Below are positions 50,469 through 62,390 of a DNA stretch of 64,000 bases, one piece after another (the stretch's first letter is position 1; each line of letters starts with the position of its first letter). The notes beneath the pieces were generated by a model. That model saw only the letters and a program-made list of their open reading frames with translations, was not told the origin of the DNA and ran no database searches. This DNA is from Podarcis melisellensis (Eukaryota). The stretch lies in assembly GCA_964234715.1 (NCBI GenBank), contig OZ174282.1. One strand, written 5' to 3'. Made by a program: the position numbers and the translations under genes.

Positions 50469-50878
50469 AGTGCTATTTTTCTAGAAAAAGAGGTGCCGGA
50501 GCTCACCATGAATGCCTCCCTTGCAGCCAGGACTGAAGGGCCGTTAAGACTGGAAGTAGGACCTGGAAACAAGCCAGGAGTTGAGACCAAATAGCAATCA
50601 TGAGCAGAGGGCAAACAAGTACAAGCTGGGGTTAGGTCCACTGTGTTAGGCTAGTCAACATAATACACCAGTAGACCTTATTGCTTCACCAGTGCTTTGC
50701 TTGGACAGGAAGTACTTTATACACCTTCCAGTCCAGAGGGTGAGTAGCCAGTTTGGGTGGGTGGAGCCAGGCCAGATCTGGAAGGTTATTCCATAAGAGG
50801 CTGTAGTTACCAGACTCACCACATGGGGCAGTGGTTGGCACTTGCTGACAGGAAGGGAAAAGCAATAAAGAACAGATA

Positions 50879-51091
50879 CAGTGGTACCTCGGGTTAAGTA
50901 CTTAATTCGTTCCAGAGGTCAGTTCTTAACCTGAAACCATTCTTAACCTGAAGCACCACTTTAGCTGATGGGGCCTCCTGCTGCTGCCGTGCCATCGGAG
51001 CATAATTTCTGTTCTCATCCTGAAGCAAAGTTCTTAACCCGAGGTACTGTAGGTCTGTAACCTGAAGCGTCTGTAACCTGAGGTACCACTG
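50879..51091 (+). mobile_element. Family A MITE, complete
   Basis: TA-CAGTGGTACCTCGGGTTA ... TAACCTGAGGTACCACTG-TA. Confidence 0.92.
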
Positions 51092-51261
51092 TAGTGGGGA
51101 GACAGTGTGAATCATAAGTACTGGAAACATTTTCAGTTTGTTTTGGGTGGAAGGGGTGCAGGAGGAGAAACAGAGACCAATGTCTCTCCTCTCCGCCCCC
51201 GCCCCCCAGCTCAATTTTCAGGAACAGGAGATTGCAAGTCATGTGAGGGCAAAACTCACTG

Positions 51262-51596
51262 GAGACCCTCCAAGTGTCCCAGTTTTCCAGGGATGTCCCT
51301 GATTTAGTGAAGTCATCCCAGTTTCTGTTTTGATCCTGAAATGTCCCACTTTTCCTTAGGATGTCCCTATTTTCATTGGAGGGTATGGAGTGATCCAACC
51401 CCCAACCTGACTGAAGGCAATCCTGTATAGGGAAGTTTTCTTTTTAATGTTTAATGTTTTATTATATTTTTATATATGCTGGAAGCTGCCCAGAGTGGTT
51501 GGGGCAACCTAGTAAGATGTGTGTGGTATAAATAGTAAAATTATCATTATGAAATGTGACATCCTTATTTTCATGAGATAAATGTCAGAGGGTATG
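51262..51596 (+). mobile_element. Composite non-autonomous DNA transposon with captured L2 3' tail (copy 2)
   Basis: Ends GAGACCCTCCAA / CAGAGGGTATG; perfect 6-bp TSD TCACTG; internal TTGGAGGGTATG at 51376-51387; L2 tail ~51411-51550. Confidence 0.87.
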
Positions 51597-52589
51597 TCAC
51601 TGCAGCTTCCTGAATGTTTCATGACAGCTGCCACTGGTATCCGCCACCTTCCTTTATCAACAGCCCCTAGGAGCCAAGCTTTGTAATGGCATCCCTCTTT
51701 GTGAATTTTGCCCCATCAAAACCAGCCAAAATTCAACCAGCATGCATCTGGGGCTGTGAGAAAGGCATTTTCATTCAGCTCCACAGGTTTCTGCAGGGGA
51801 TCAGGATGAGTTTATTGCTATTTATTTATCACATTGACACGCACAGGATTCTCCGATGCTTCCGCTAAGGCAGGCCAGGACTTGGCTCTTCCTCGAGAGC
51901 GGCTGCTGCAGGGAAGAGAAGGGTGGGCTTTTGCAGGGAGGCAGATGAAACTGCTCAGAAGCCTTGGTTCAGAAAGGGCAGGTGATTCCCCCTAGAGAGT
52001 GAGCGGCTGTCACCAATGGCTCCCTGCCAAACCCTGCACCTTTCTAGTCTGCATAGCAGCAAACATTCTAATGGCCTGTGGCTATAGATTTTCATTTGAA
52101 CCTCTCCAGCATGGGCCATTGTTTCCAATCACACCTGCTCTAAGCTCCTCCTGCCCGCAAGACTCCCCTGGCGCGTTGGGGCCTGCAAAGATTTCAGCCG
52201 CTTGACACATGCCAAACCAAAGAAATGATAATTTTTTAAATCTATATTTAAAAAACAAACAGCAAGAAAGGGCAGCAATAAACTTGGGGTCACAAAAGTG
52301 CCCCCCCCCGAAAACCTGGGCCTGTTGATAGAAAAGCCATTTGGAGAGAGTTCCACACACAAAGGAATTAGCTGCCTTCTACAGATGAAAAGCAAACAAA
52401 GGATGAATAAAATTCGACCATACGAAATTAGCCTTTGCCAGCTTGGGACCATCCAGCTTTTGGTGGACAACAACTTTCTTCAGCCCCAGCCAGCACTGCT
52501 GTATGATGCTGCGGCTGATGTGAACTAACAACATCTGGAGGACCCAAGGTTGGCAAGGCTGTGAGTTAAAGAGCTAAAGAACTAGATGC

Positions 52590-53107
52590 CAAGAACATAG
52601 CAAGAGCCTGTTGGATCAGGTCAGTAGCCCACCCAGTCCAACATCCTGTTCTCACGGTGGCCAACCAGATGCCCTAACACTAGAATTCATGGGTGCCCAA
52701 TGAAGCTGAATGTTAGAAGATTCAGGACAGATAAAAGAAAGGACTTATTCACATAGCTAAATTATGGAATTTGCTCCCGCAAGAGGCAGTGATAGCCACT
52801 ATCTAACCTAAAATATTATTCTGGATATTTTTTAAAAAATGATTAAAACAGCCCACTCAAAACGGCCACAGATAATTAAAAGCCCAAGACCTGATGTTTT
52901 TGCCTAGCACTTTATGACGCAATAGCTAGGCTGGAGGCAGCAACACTTCTGAGTACCAGTTGCTGAAGCTGCAGGAAGGGTGAGAGAGTGCTCTTGTGCT
53001 CAGGTCCTGCTTACGAGTTTCCCACCAGCATGTGGTTGGCCACTGTGAGAACAGGATGCTGGACCAGGTGTTCTTTTTGTTGTTGTTGTTTTTCTTAGGT
53101 TCTTAAT
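52590..53107. mobile_element. Cluster of CR1 3' fragments in both orientations
   Basis: Minus tail at 52590-52675; plus ORF2-end at 52680-52805; plus 3' UTR at 52930-53107. Confidence 0.7.
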
Positions 53108-54021
53108 GTGACGGCTGAAAACAGGAATTCAGCACAGCAGCAACTATTGCAACATACATGGTGCACTTCAAGAAGGTGTGGGAACCATTTGAGATATGGT
53201 GGCTGGTGCCCATGGACACTGGTGGAGCACAAAGCTATTGCATCCAAGAGGCAAAGCCACCAAGGTTTCAACCTAACAAACAACTGTCTTGATTCTGCCC
53301 CCAGAGGCTGCCAGTGTAAATGCTTCATTTGTGTCCAAAAAGGGGGGCTGTCAATAATAAGTCTCTCCTTGTGCTCCCAGATACTAATCCCAGGCCCAAA
53401 ACAAGCCAAGAGGCTGCAAAGTAGGTTCCATCACACACAGAGACATACACTGCAAGGCTTGCCTTCTACACTCCTGTGTCTTTCCAAGAATAATGGAAAC
53501 AGATTGAAAAAGGAACTTTCCTGACTTACTTCCAGCATCTCCCTTTTGCCAGGCTATTCTGATACTACATTAACGTGCAAGTCAAGATTGTTCATATTTA
53601 TAAAAAAAAATTGAAGAAGGAAAAGCAGAAATAGTGGAACCTTCAGATCACTCTCTGGCACGGGACCTCATTAATGTACAGAACAGGAATGACGGGAAAG
53701 AGATGGTGGGGCAAACAGATGGGGCTGTATGATCAAGTGCTGAGCTGCCACCACCCAAGCCTCTGCAGTCGACAGCTTCCCTTATGTTCAGCCACCGCCC
53801 AAGTGACAAATTTCAGAGCAATACAAGCACAATAATTTGTAGAATTGGATCTAAATGTGGTTATTGTTCTACACGCTTTATTACAGTTGCACGCACGCAC
53901 GCACACCATATCAACTATACAAAGCAGAATCCTGATCAAAGACTTGTAAGGTCTCGCTATTTCAGCAAAGCAATTAAGATAAACTATGCTAAACCCAAGG
54001 TGTTATATGCAAAGGTGTAAA

Positions 54022-54138
54022 GCACGGATATGGAACCTGTGGCTCTCCAGATGTTATTGGATGACAACTTCCCTCATTCCAGGCTGGCTACACTGAGAGT
54101 CCAGCAACATCTGGAGGACCATAGGTTCTCTATTCCCA
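54022..54138. mobile_element. Short hAT MITE (URR1-like family)
   Basis: GAACCTGTGGCTCTCCAGATGTT / AACATCTGGAGGACCATAGGTTC inverted arms. Confidence 0.75.
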
Positions 54139-54746
54139 TCCGAATTCTCACAGTCAGACCTATCAAGACCTAGGCTCTGCTGCCATAAAATTTAGCAGGA
54201 GATGGTAGGGTTTGTTTTGTATTGTTTTTAAAAAATATATTTTAGTTGTTTTTATTGTATGATTGTAGATGCCCTTGAGGGTCATGTGAAAGGGAGCTCA
54301 TAAAAGAAAAGAAAAAAATATTTCTACTCAGAGTAGATCCATTGACAGTCATAGAAATGACCAACCTGGGCTCATTAATTTCAGTGGTACTACTCTGAGT
54401 AGAACTTAATTGGATGCAACCCAATAATAATAATGCAGCTGAAAAGCAGTAGCAGATTAGGTTATACTTTCTGTGATTTGGCTAGAATCCAAATGATCAG
54501 GATCTAGAACTTCAAACCCACGTGAAATTATTATTTTAACAAGGCTCCAGGAGACACCTGAGGGTGTTACATGCTGGTGCTGGGCTTGGCCCTTGAGGCT
54601 GGGATGCTGGAGAAGAACTTAACAATTTTCACATTTGGGATGTCAAAGTGTCCAAATTCAGCAGAGCTTAATCTCTTTTACTTTTACAGGGAGTGGCAAT
54701 TTCTTCTCTCATCTCTGCTTCTTGATTGTTTTGTGTGTCCCTCTTT

Positions 54747-55082
54747 TAAGAACATGAGCAGAGCCTGCAGGATCAGGCCAATGGTCCGTCTAGTCCAGCA
54801 TCCTGTTCTCACAGTAGCCAACAAGGTGCCTGTAGGAAACCTTCAAGCAGGACCTGAGCATCAGGGCACTCCCCACTCATGAGGTTTCCAGCAGCTGGTA
54901 TTCAGAAGCATTACTGCCCTCCAACTGTGGAGGCAGAGCATAGACAGTGTGGCTAGTAGTCATTGATAACACTCTCTTCCATTAATTTGTCCAATGCTCT
55001 TTTAAAGTCATCCAAGTTGGTGGCCATCATTGCCACCTGCAGGACTGAGTTTCACTGTCTGTGTACTGCATAAAGAAGTACT
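54747..55082 (-). mobile_element. CR1 LINE 3' end
   Basis: Collinear with 15914-16250. Confidence 0.87.
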
Positions 55083-55384
55083 CTCCTCCTCCTTCATCCT
55101 CTTCCTCCTCCTCAGTCCTCCAAATTCCTGCCAGTAATTGCTTCTCTGTAACTCTGGCACAAAATCTAATAACAGAAAGTCCTGATGACAAAAGCACAAA
55201 ACAGCACAATCGCTCGCTGTGCTGCGGCGTCCTAAGGCAGGCCTATAAATAGGACGGGTGACACCGCATGATAGTAAAATTAGCAGTGGACTGGGAAAGC
55301 AGCCACAACTCACAAGAGTTCTGCTAAAACACCCCACACACAAACACATTTCTATTCCAGGGCTTTTAAGTGCACTCAAGTGGC

Positions 55385-55495
55385 ACTTGAACGTTTTCGG
55401 GGGGAGACGCCTGAAAGTCAAAAGCGAGAATGCCTGCTGACTCTCTGCTGGAAGAGTGTTCCACAGCATGAGACCAGTGACGCTGAATGCCTGCA
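55385..55495 (-). mobile_element. L2 ORF2-end fragment
   Basis: QAFSVTGLMLWNTLPAESQQAFSLLTFRR. Confidence 0.7.
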
Positions 55496-56634
55496 ACAAG
55501 TGTACAATCTTTTGTTCCCAGTTGAGCTGTACACTCGTATAGTTATTCACATGCAATGTCAAACAAATGTGAATATTGCGTATGTAACAGCTGAGCTGCA
55601 TAATTCTACATGTGTACACTCTTTCACACAAACACTTGTGTAAAGGCAGCTTGCACCTGCATTCAGTGCAATGTGTGTACAAGCCTTTTGTCCTTGCTCA
55701 TGCAGGAGTCAGATCAAGGGCCAGAGCCAATTTTGGTGACCATTGAGGCTCGGCTCAGCTGAAGATATGGCTTCTGTTGAAATTTTAGTTGCTGACTGAT
55801 GGTCTCAATACCATCATTCCCCAAAGGGTCAGGGTGGGTCACAAATATATTTAATCCATAACTTTACTTGTGCAGTAACTCTGCTCAGGCTCGATATGAC
55901 TATCTCTAAGTCTAGCATGAAAGGTAATGTCCACCAGCAACACAGCTCATAATGTCAACGTAAAGTCTGATCCTAACTCCATGCAAACCTCTCTCATGTC
56001 ACTAAGAGCACTTCTGGCTCCCTCAGCTACAAGTGCATTAAGTTCATTGCATAAACTCCCTGTCAAAGAAAAATCACACCCTTCCACATGTGAAACCTAT
56101 ATAAAACCTACTGAAGAATTCCCTTGTAATAAAGGTGGAGGGGCATTATATTAGCTTAAGCCTGGATGTGCCAGTGCAACTGTTGGCTTTAATACTCTTT
56201 TAAGTCAGTTTTCACAGGTTGATTACAGATTTATTGGGTGCCAGAGTGAGGGGAGGGGAAGGATGACACTTGTAAAGGATAACCTACTTCCTACATTGAA
56301 ACTACAGCATGTCTTTTAAAATGTATTTTTATTGAGTTCTTGTAATATCACAAGGAAAATTAAATAGCAAACCAGCAGTAAGATGAAATGAAACAAAACA
56401 ACTTGTTGCATAAGCAAACCACATTTCTCACCTTTACATATTATGGAAATACGGGGGGGGGGGGTGAGCAGAGGATCCCAAAAGATTAAGAAATAGCTCA
56501 TCTCCACACACACCTTCAAGCAACATGCATTTCTTACCAGGTGTGGCCCAAAGTAAAAAGGTAGATTCTCTTCAGGCATATTAAGACTAATAATATATTG
56601 CATGCATCCAAACAAAGGAATTACACACATTCAC

Positions 56635-56835
56635 CTGATGGAAGATAAAGCTGTCAATGGTTACCCCCTATTTGGTGGAATGCCTATGAATACCGGTTGC
56701 TGGTGAACTCCAGTGGCAGGGTGCTGTCATGTTCATGTCTGGCTTTTTAGTTTCTAAGAGGTTGGCCACTGTCAGAAAGAGGATGCTGGAGAAGATGGGC
56801 CTAGATGGGTCTGATCTCCTTATGTCCTTATGTTG
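56635..56835 (+). mobile_element. CR1 3' end, diverged
   Basis: GAATACCGGTTGCTGG...GTTGGCCACTGT...AGGATGCTGG...CTTATGTCCTTATG. Confidence 0.7.
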
Positions 56836-58065
56836 TGCTACATGCTGCTTGTTAGCTGATGAAGCAAGGTACCCATCCCCAAATTTGACTAAATGATGAG
56901 TGTCAAACAATTCCAAGCTAGCTAGACAAATGGCATGTCTTGGTATAAGTAAGCAGCAATACCCAGTTGTGTGAAAACACTGATGTTTTTAAAGTGTGGT
57001 GGCTTTAGAGGGGTTACACAGATGGGCAGAGATGGGCAAACGACCAGCCAAGGTGGAACCTGGAGGTGTGAGTGGAAGGGCCAGGTTGCTGGGTTCTCTA
57101 ACCCAATTCCCTGTGGGAGGGAAAAGATCATACACATAAGGTTGGCACAAATGGACAATACCTCCTTTGCAAAATGATCAAAATTTTGCATTCCAACAGG
57201 CTAGTGACCTCAAGATTCTGTGAAATGGTATTATAGAGTTTACCTTTTGGCATGGGCGTTCCACCCTTTTGCTTACCTCCCCACCCTATCTTCCTCAGAA
57301 GCAGGCAGTTCTAGTGCTCTGCTTCCGATGTTTCAGGAAACATTCCTCAGCTATTTGAGTGAGCTCTGAAAGGAAACACTGATTCATGAATGGAGGCCAA
57401 CAGCTGTGTGTTCTAAAGTTAACTCCTGGTTGTGGAGTGGGCAGGAGAGGAAAGGAAGGAAAGGGCAGGGAAGGACGCCTCTTTGTTTTCAAACACCTCG
57501 TCAGTGTTAGTCATGACTGCGGTCAAGGTGTAAGTAGGCCTCAGCTGTGGAATTTGCTGCCTGGCTTGCTAACCACAGAAACAATTTTTTAAAAATCCAT
57601 TCCTTGCACACTCTGCAGCCATATATCCACCCATAAAATAAGGATAAAAACAGAGCACTCTCCTTTATTGTATTTTCTTACAGCAAGCAAAACAAATGCA
57701 GAGCTCCTTGTATAAAATATTGCCTCCCAAGCAGAGGGAAAATAGTTTTTATTTAAAAAGAATGTCTCACTAGATATCCCTCCAGTCCCCTGCAGTGATA
57801 TTAACTGTGCAGTGAGTAGTGGACTCATCATTATTCTGGTGTGCTTCCTGTCAGTGGGTGTAGGAAAGAAGGTGTCTGGGGATCTCAGGAGACATTTTTC
57901 ATGGTTCAATGAATACAATTCTGATGGTTCTACACTGGCTTCTATGTCTCACAAATGTGTATTTCATTCAAGGTCACACTATGTTATAGGATTGTCGTTT
58001 TAAAGTACCATAATGTCCTCTTGGAATAGTTCACAATTTTAAACTGATGTTGGCATGGAAATATG

Positions 58066-58212
58066 CAGTGCTTTTTTTCTGGGGGGATGCAGGGGTACGC
58101 ACACCCCTCAACATTTTGTGAATCTAAGTTTGGCCTCATTGAGGGACAGTATTTCAATATGAGTAGGAAAATGAGAGTATCCCTAAAAAAAATTTTAAGA
58201 AAAAAAGCACTG
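58066..58212. mobile_element. hAT MITE, complete
   Basis: TIRs CAGTGCTTTTTTTCT / AGAAAAAAAGCACTG; perfect 8-bp TSD GAAATATG. Confidence 0.92.
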
Positions 58213-58317
58213 GAAATATGGTACCACAAAGATGAATTAGATTAGAAGGGTTACTCTGGACTATTGAAAAGGAGGCATGATCGTGAGAATGCTAATTATC
58301 CCCTTTGTGGAAGTTAT

Positions 58318-59093
58318 GCCCTATGACGAAAGGTTGCAGGATTTGCAGCTTATTAAGTTTAAAGAAAATGCAAGTAAGAGGTGACATAGGAGAATTGTAT
58401 AACATAATGTACAGAATGGAGGGAGTGGATAGAAAAAGTTTCTAATCCCTCTCTCATGACACTACAACTTGTAGCCATCCAGGGAAGCTGAATGTTGGAG
58501 GATTCGAGACAGATAAAAGAAAGCACAGTGGTACCTCGGGTTACAAACACTTCAGGTTACAAACACCTTGGGTTAGAAACACTTCAGGTTACAGAATCCA
58601 CTAACCCAGAAGTAGTACCTCGGGTTAAGAACTTTACCTCAGGATGAGAACAGAAATCATGGGCCAGCGGTGTGGCGGCAGCAGGAGACCCCATTAGCTA
58701 AAGTGGTACCTCAGGTTAAGAACGGACCTCTGGAATGAATTAAGTTTGTAACCAGAGGTACCACTGTACTTCTTCACACAGTGCATAGTAAAACTATTGA
58801 TTTCATGTTCACAGGAGGCAGTGATGGCTACCAACTGGTATGGCTTTAAAAGGTCAGACAATTTCATGAAGATAAAGACTATCAATGGCTGCTAGCCAGG
58901 AAGGCTATCCTCTCCCTGCATGGTCAGAGGTTGCATGAATGCTGCATGAGTATGCTTCTGAATACCAGTTGCGAGAAACCACAGGAGGAAAGAGTGCTGT
59001 TGTGCTTGAGAGTTTCCAACAGGCATCTGGCTGGCCATTGTTAGATCAGGATGCCAGACTAGATAGGCCATTGACCTGTTCTCCTTATGCTCT
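58318..59093 (+). mobile_element. CR1 LINE 3' end interrupted by a family A MITE
   Basis: CCCTATGACGAAAGG...GACAGATAAAAGAAAG [MITE] TACTTCTTCACACAG...CTCCTTATG. Confidence 0.85.
58526..58766 (-). mobile_element. Family A MITE (reverse orientation)
   Basis: CAGTGGTACCTCGGGTTAC ... AGAGGTACCACTG; flanks CA / TA. Confidence 0.9.
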
Positions 59094-59139
59094 AATTTGC
59101 TGCTGTGGTGCTGAAATCACTACTTGTATGCAACTGAGG

Positions 59140-59323
59140 AGCACAGAAATCAGCCTCACACCAACTCAGACCACTGCTCCATCTAGCTCAGTCTTGTCAA
59201 CACTAACTGGCAGCACTTCCCCAAGGTTTCAGCTGTCTCTTCCTGCCTTACCTAAGAATTCCAGGGATTGAACCTAGGGCCTTCTGTACTCAAAACAGAT
59301 GCTCTGCCACTGAGCTATGGCCC
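59140..59323 (-). mobile_element. Squam2-type SINE
   Basis: TCCATCTAGCTCAGT...GGGATTGAACCTAGGGCCTTCTG...GATGCTCTGCCACTGAGCTATGGCCC. Confidence 0.82.
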
Positions 59324-59489
59324 TTAACAAAAACAGTATGAATTTGGATGAATTAAAGAAAAAGGGTGGTCTCAGAAATTTTAGCAAATTTGCCCATTTA
59401 AATCCCAATCTTATTCTTGATCTGGTTTGTTGGGGAGGGGCCTATGATCCTCACTTCCTGTCCAGGGTGATAGAGTGGTGGTACCTTTT

Positions 59490-59805
59490 GGAGAAGGACT
59501 GTAGCTTAGTGCTAGAGCACATGCAAAAAGGTTATAAGTGAAATCTCTGGCATCTTCAGGTAGGGCTGTGAAAGATCCCTGCTTGGAAGCCTTCCAGTCT
59601 GCATAGACTAGAAGTGATGAACCTGGTCTCCCAGATATTGCTGGGCTACAACTTCCACCATCCCTGACCACTGGGCCATGGTGGCTGGAGCTGATGGGAG
59701 TTGGAGTCCAAGAGCATCTGGAGAACCACACGACTTCCACCCCAACACAGAAAATACTGAGCTAGATAAACCGAAAATGGGGCTTGGTGCGAGACATCCT
59801 CACAC
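59490..59805 (+). mobile_element. Squam2-type SINE interrupted by a URR1-like hAT MITE (59609-59744)
   Basis: Head GACTGTAGCTTAGTGCTAGAGCA...CCAGTCTGCATAGAC [hAT] ACACAGAAAATACTGAGCTAGAT. Confidence 0.72.
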
Positions 59806-60914
59806 ATTCCCTCCTCTTTCAATCCAGCAGCAACCCCATTCTCATGCCTCTGGACAGCCACCAACACGGACATCCCACAGAAAGAGTTTCTTCAAGAAAC
59901 CCATGCCTACTCTCTGTATTGCATCTTACGGGGCAGAGACACGTTTGCAAAATAACTCTCCAAGCCACTTAAATGAAAGAAGGGGCTTAGATGAGTTGTG
60001 CTCATTTTGGGCACTAGCACTGAGCCTCATCCTGAGAAACTGCAAACAGAAGCCATTAAGGAAAAAGGAGGAAGTGGGCTGAAGGCGTATTATCAAGATT
60101 AAACAGATAGTGTTGCAAGATTAAAGAAAAGATGGGCAGCTTTCTCCAAGAAGCAAAGATCTTAAGTGGGGAGATTTGCAAGGGATAATGCCCATGTAAG
60201 AAGCAAGCACAGCTTGGGCTCAGTTCCTAATAACTTCCCAGTTTACAGCAAGGAGAAGAAACCTCTCTGTGGCTTCTCATTTGGCAGAAAGAGAGCAGTA
60301 ACAATTAAAGCAAGTATGCTTTGAAGGCTGGAGCCAAGATCCTGAGCTGACAGCCCAGCATCAGAACAGATAGTCTTGGAGGGAGATACCATCTTTTCAG
60401 CACTGGCTATGAGGGATTACTCTGCTTTGTGTGCCTTAGTTTCTAACTAACCTCATCACTTAGCAATGCCCCAATGGCATCTCCCATACGCTTCTCATTC
60501 CCCATTAATTGGAAAGAAAGCCACCAGCCCATTTGGGGAAGGAGGTTGGGAACAGTTCAGAGAGGCATCCCCCCACCCTCATTTCACTCTATGGTTGGAA
60601 AGAGGCCACACTATGTAATAAAGTATTTGCACTATGTCAGATTAGAAAATTAGGATGAATCCCATGACACACACATTAAGAGGCTAATAGCCCCATTTGT
60701 TTTAGAAGTGAGTGCTGTAGGTCTGCAAGCACCACCAGGATAGGAAGCAAAGAATAGGAATGCATCCATGCCCAGGCAACTGGCCCAGAAGACCCACTAT
60801 TTTGCCAGTAGGCTCTGACTTCTTCCAGGGGTTTCAAAAGCACAGGCCTCTGATTTATTTCAAAAGTCTAGAAATATTAGTAACCAGGTAAAATCTGGAA
60901 CAGGGATCCTTTAC

Positions 60915-61220
60915 TTTGCAATTTTCCAAATGTTGCAATGCAGTTCTCCAACTACAGTGAAGTGTGCATAAAAATGCATATACAATAGCGAACATAACAT
61001 CATACAAAATGCATTGTATTAGGGAAAATTTAATCTTGTATTATATGCAAGATTATAATACAAGATTGCATATAAAAACGTGGATAGTAGGAGAAATTCA
61101 CAGTGAAGCACTGATGAATTTTCATGAGAACTTTTAAAATAAAACTGCACACTGGTGTGGGTATGTGGAAAACTGAATTAAATATTAGATTTATGAAAAA
61201 ATGAAACAGATAGATCCCCT
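60915..61220. mobile_element. TAGGGATG-ended hAT-Ac-like fragment
   Basis: TGCAGTTCTCCA...AAAATGCATA... body; AAACAGATAGATCCC end related to 30090-30573. Confidence 0.55.
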
Positions 61221-61388
61221 TGTCCGTAAGTGCTGAGCATAAGCTAGACATGATTTTGTGCCTTGGTAGGTGCTCCAGCCTTCTTGTAACCCTAGTGGCT
61301 CACCATATGAGGCAGCTGTACCAAGAGGAAGTGGGGAACTCACAGCCCTCGGAGCCCCTGGCATCTGGCAAGCGGGTCATGATGGCTA

Positions 61389-61609
61389 GAACTGTGGTTT
61401 CCCAGATATTGCTGGGGTACAACTTCCACCATCTCTGACCACTGGGCCAAGGTGGCTGGAGCTGATGGGAGTTGGAGTCCAATAACATCTGGAGGGCCAC
61501 ATGTCCTCCACCCCTGACACAGACAATATTAAGCTAGACAGACCAAAATGGGGCTTGGTGCGAGACAATCTCACACATTCCCTCCTCTTGCAATCCAGCA
61601 GCAACCCCA
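61389..61609 (+). repeat. Direct duplicate of 59619-59838 (hAT MITE + SINE tail + unique flank)
   Basis: Shared AAAATGGGGCTTGGTGCGAGACA and CACACATTCCCTCCTCTT.CAATCCAGCAGCAACCCCA beyond the TE boundaries. Confidence 0.85.
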
Positions 61610-61678
61610 CGCTGAGAATAGCTAAGAATTTGTCTCTTGTAGGCAGGTATTCAAGATTTAGATGGCACCCGTTCTCAA

Positions 61679-62090
61679 TAGGGATGCTTGAGGAATTCTG
61701 CAGTTTCTAAAATGAAACTGACTTGATTAGCACCTCCTAGAGCAGCCTTTGGATTAGGATGTACACTTATCTTTTCAATTCTGCACTCCTCTGAAATTTG
61801 TGAAGTTTCTCAGCCCCCAAAATGTACCAAAATGCACCACGAAATAATGTGCATTTTAGGATTCAGTACATGTAGAAATGTCTTACTTGAAAAAAAAAGG
61901 TATATTTAAATGCATTTTATATAAATATGCAATAAAATCCATATTTAGAGATGAATGTTGTTGCATTTTAAAAACAAAGCAGTGTTCTATCCAGTATTAC
62001 ACTAAGTTAAGGTCAATTTGCAGTATACCTTTTCCACCAGTGAGATGTTGTGCACAAGCAGAATGTTGTTTTTGCACAACAAAATGCATA
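61679..62090. mobile_element. TAGGGATG-ended hAT-Ac-like fragment
   Basis: Starts TAGGGATGCTTGAGGAATTC; AAATGCA-rich body. Confidence 0.45.
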
Positions 62091-62229
62091 AGAAGGTTGC
62101 TGGTAAACTGGTTGGCTTCAAATCCGCCAGGCCAGCCTGTGAGTAACAGGTAAACGATAAAGAAGAATCTGCCCCTGAGCACATGCAGAATGAGATTCTG
62201 AAAGCCCACATGCAGTTCTCACGCCTGGG

Positions 62230-62269
62230 GGTATCTGAAGAAGTGTGCATGCACACGAAAGCTCATACC
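62230..62269 (+). ncRNA. Minimal type I hammerhead ribozyme motif (PLE-associated)
   Basis: GGUAU-CUGAAGA-A-GUGUG(CAUG)CACAC-GAAA-GC-UC-AUACC: core boxes, helix I (GGUAU/AUACC), helix II and palindromic AGCU at helix III. Confidence 0.78.
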
Positions 62270-62361
62270 AAGAACTAACTTAGTTGGTCTTTTAGGTGCT
62301 ACTGGAAGGAATTTTTTTTTTGTTTTGACTATGGCAGACCAACACGGCTACCTATCTGTAA
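62233..62361 (+). mobile_element. Penelope-like element terminal-repeat (pLTR) fragment
   Basis: CTGAAGAAG...CGAAAGCTCATA...TTAGTTGGTCTTTTAGGTGCTAC...AACACGGCTACC layout typical of reptile PLE ends; flanked by direct repeat CTGGGGGT (62225-62232, 62362-62369). Confidence 0.8.
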
Positions 62362-62390
62362 CTGGGGGTGAATGAGCTTTCAGTGCAATG

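Noticed and set aside
1410-54425. Short palindromic GCAATCCTA...TTCAATGG...TAGGATTG-type repeats (e.g. 1410, 1585, 26165-26330, 31830, 33950, 54325) as miRNA hairpins
   Set aside because: Many diverged copies of a common old palindromic repeat; boundaries too eroded to call and no miRNA match recognised
55008-55682. Longest ORF (224 aa, minus strand)
   Set aside because: Stitched across an old repeat, an L2 fragment and a CR1 fragment; no coherent protein
19679-58766. Recurrent near-identical motifs as a CRISPR-like array
   Set aside because: Dispersed MITE copies with TIRs and TA TSDs, not repeat-spacer arrays; eukaryotic DNA
4735-61120. Scattered CTGATGA matches as hammerheads or C/D snoRNA boxes
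   Set aside because: The instances checked lack a following helix + GAAA or paired box/terminal stem
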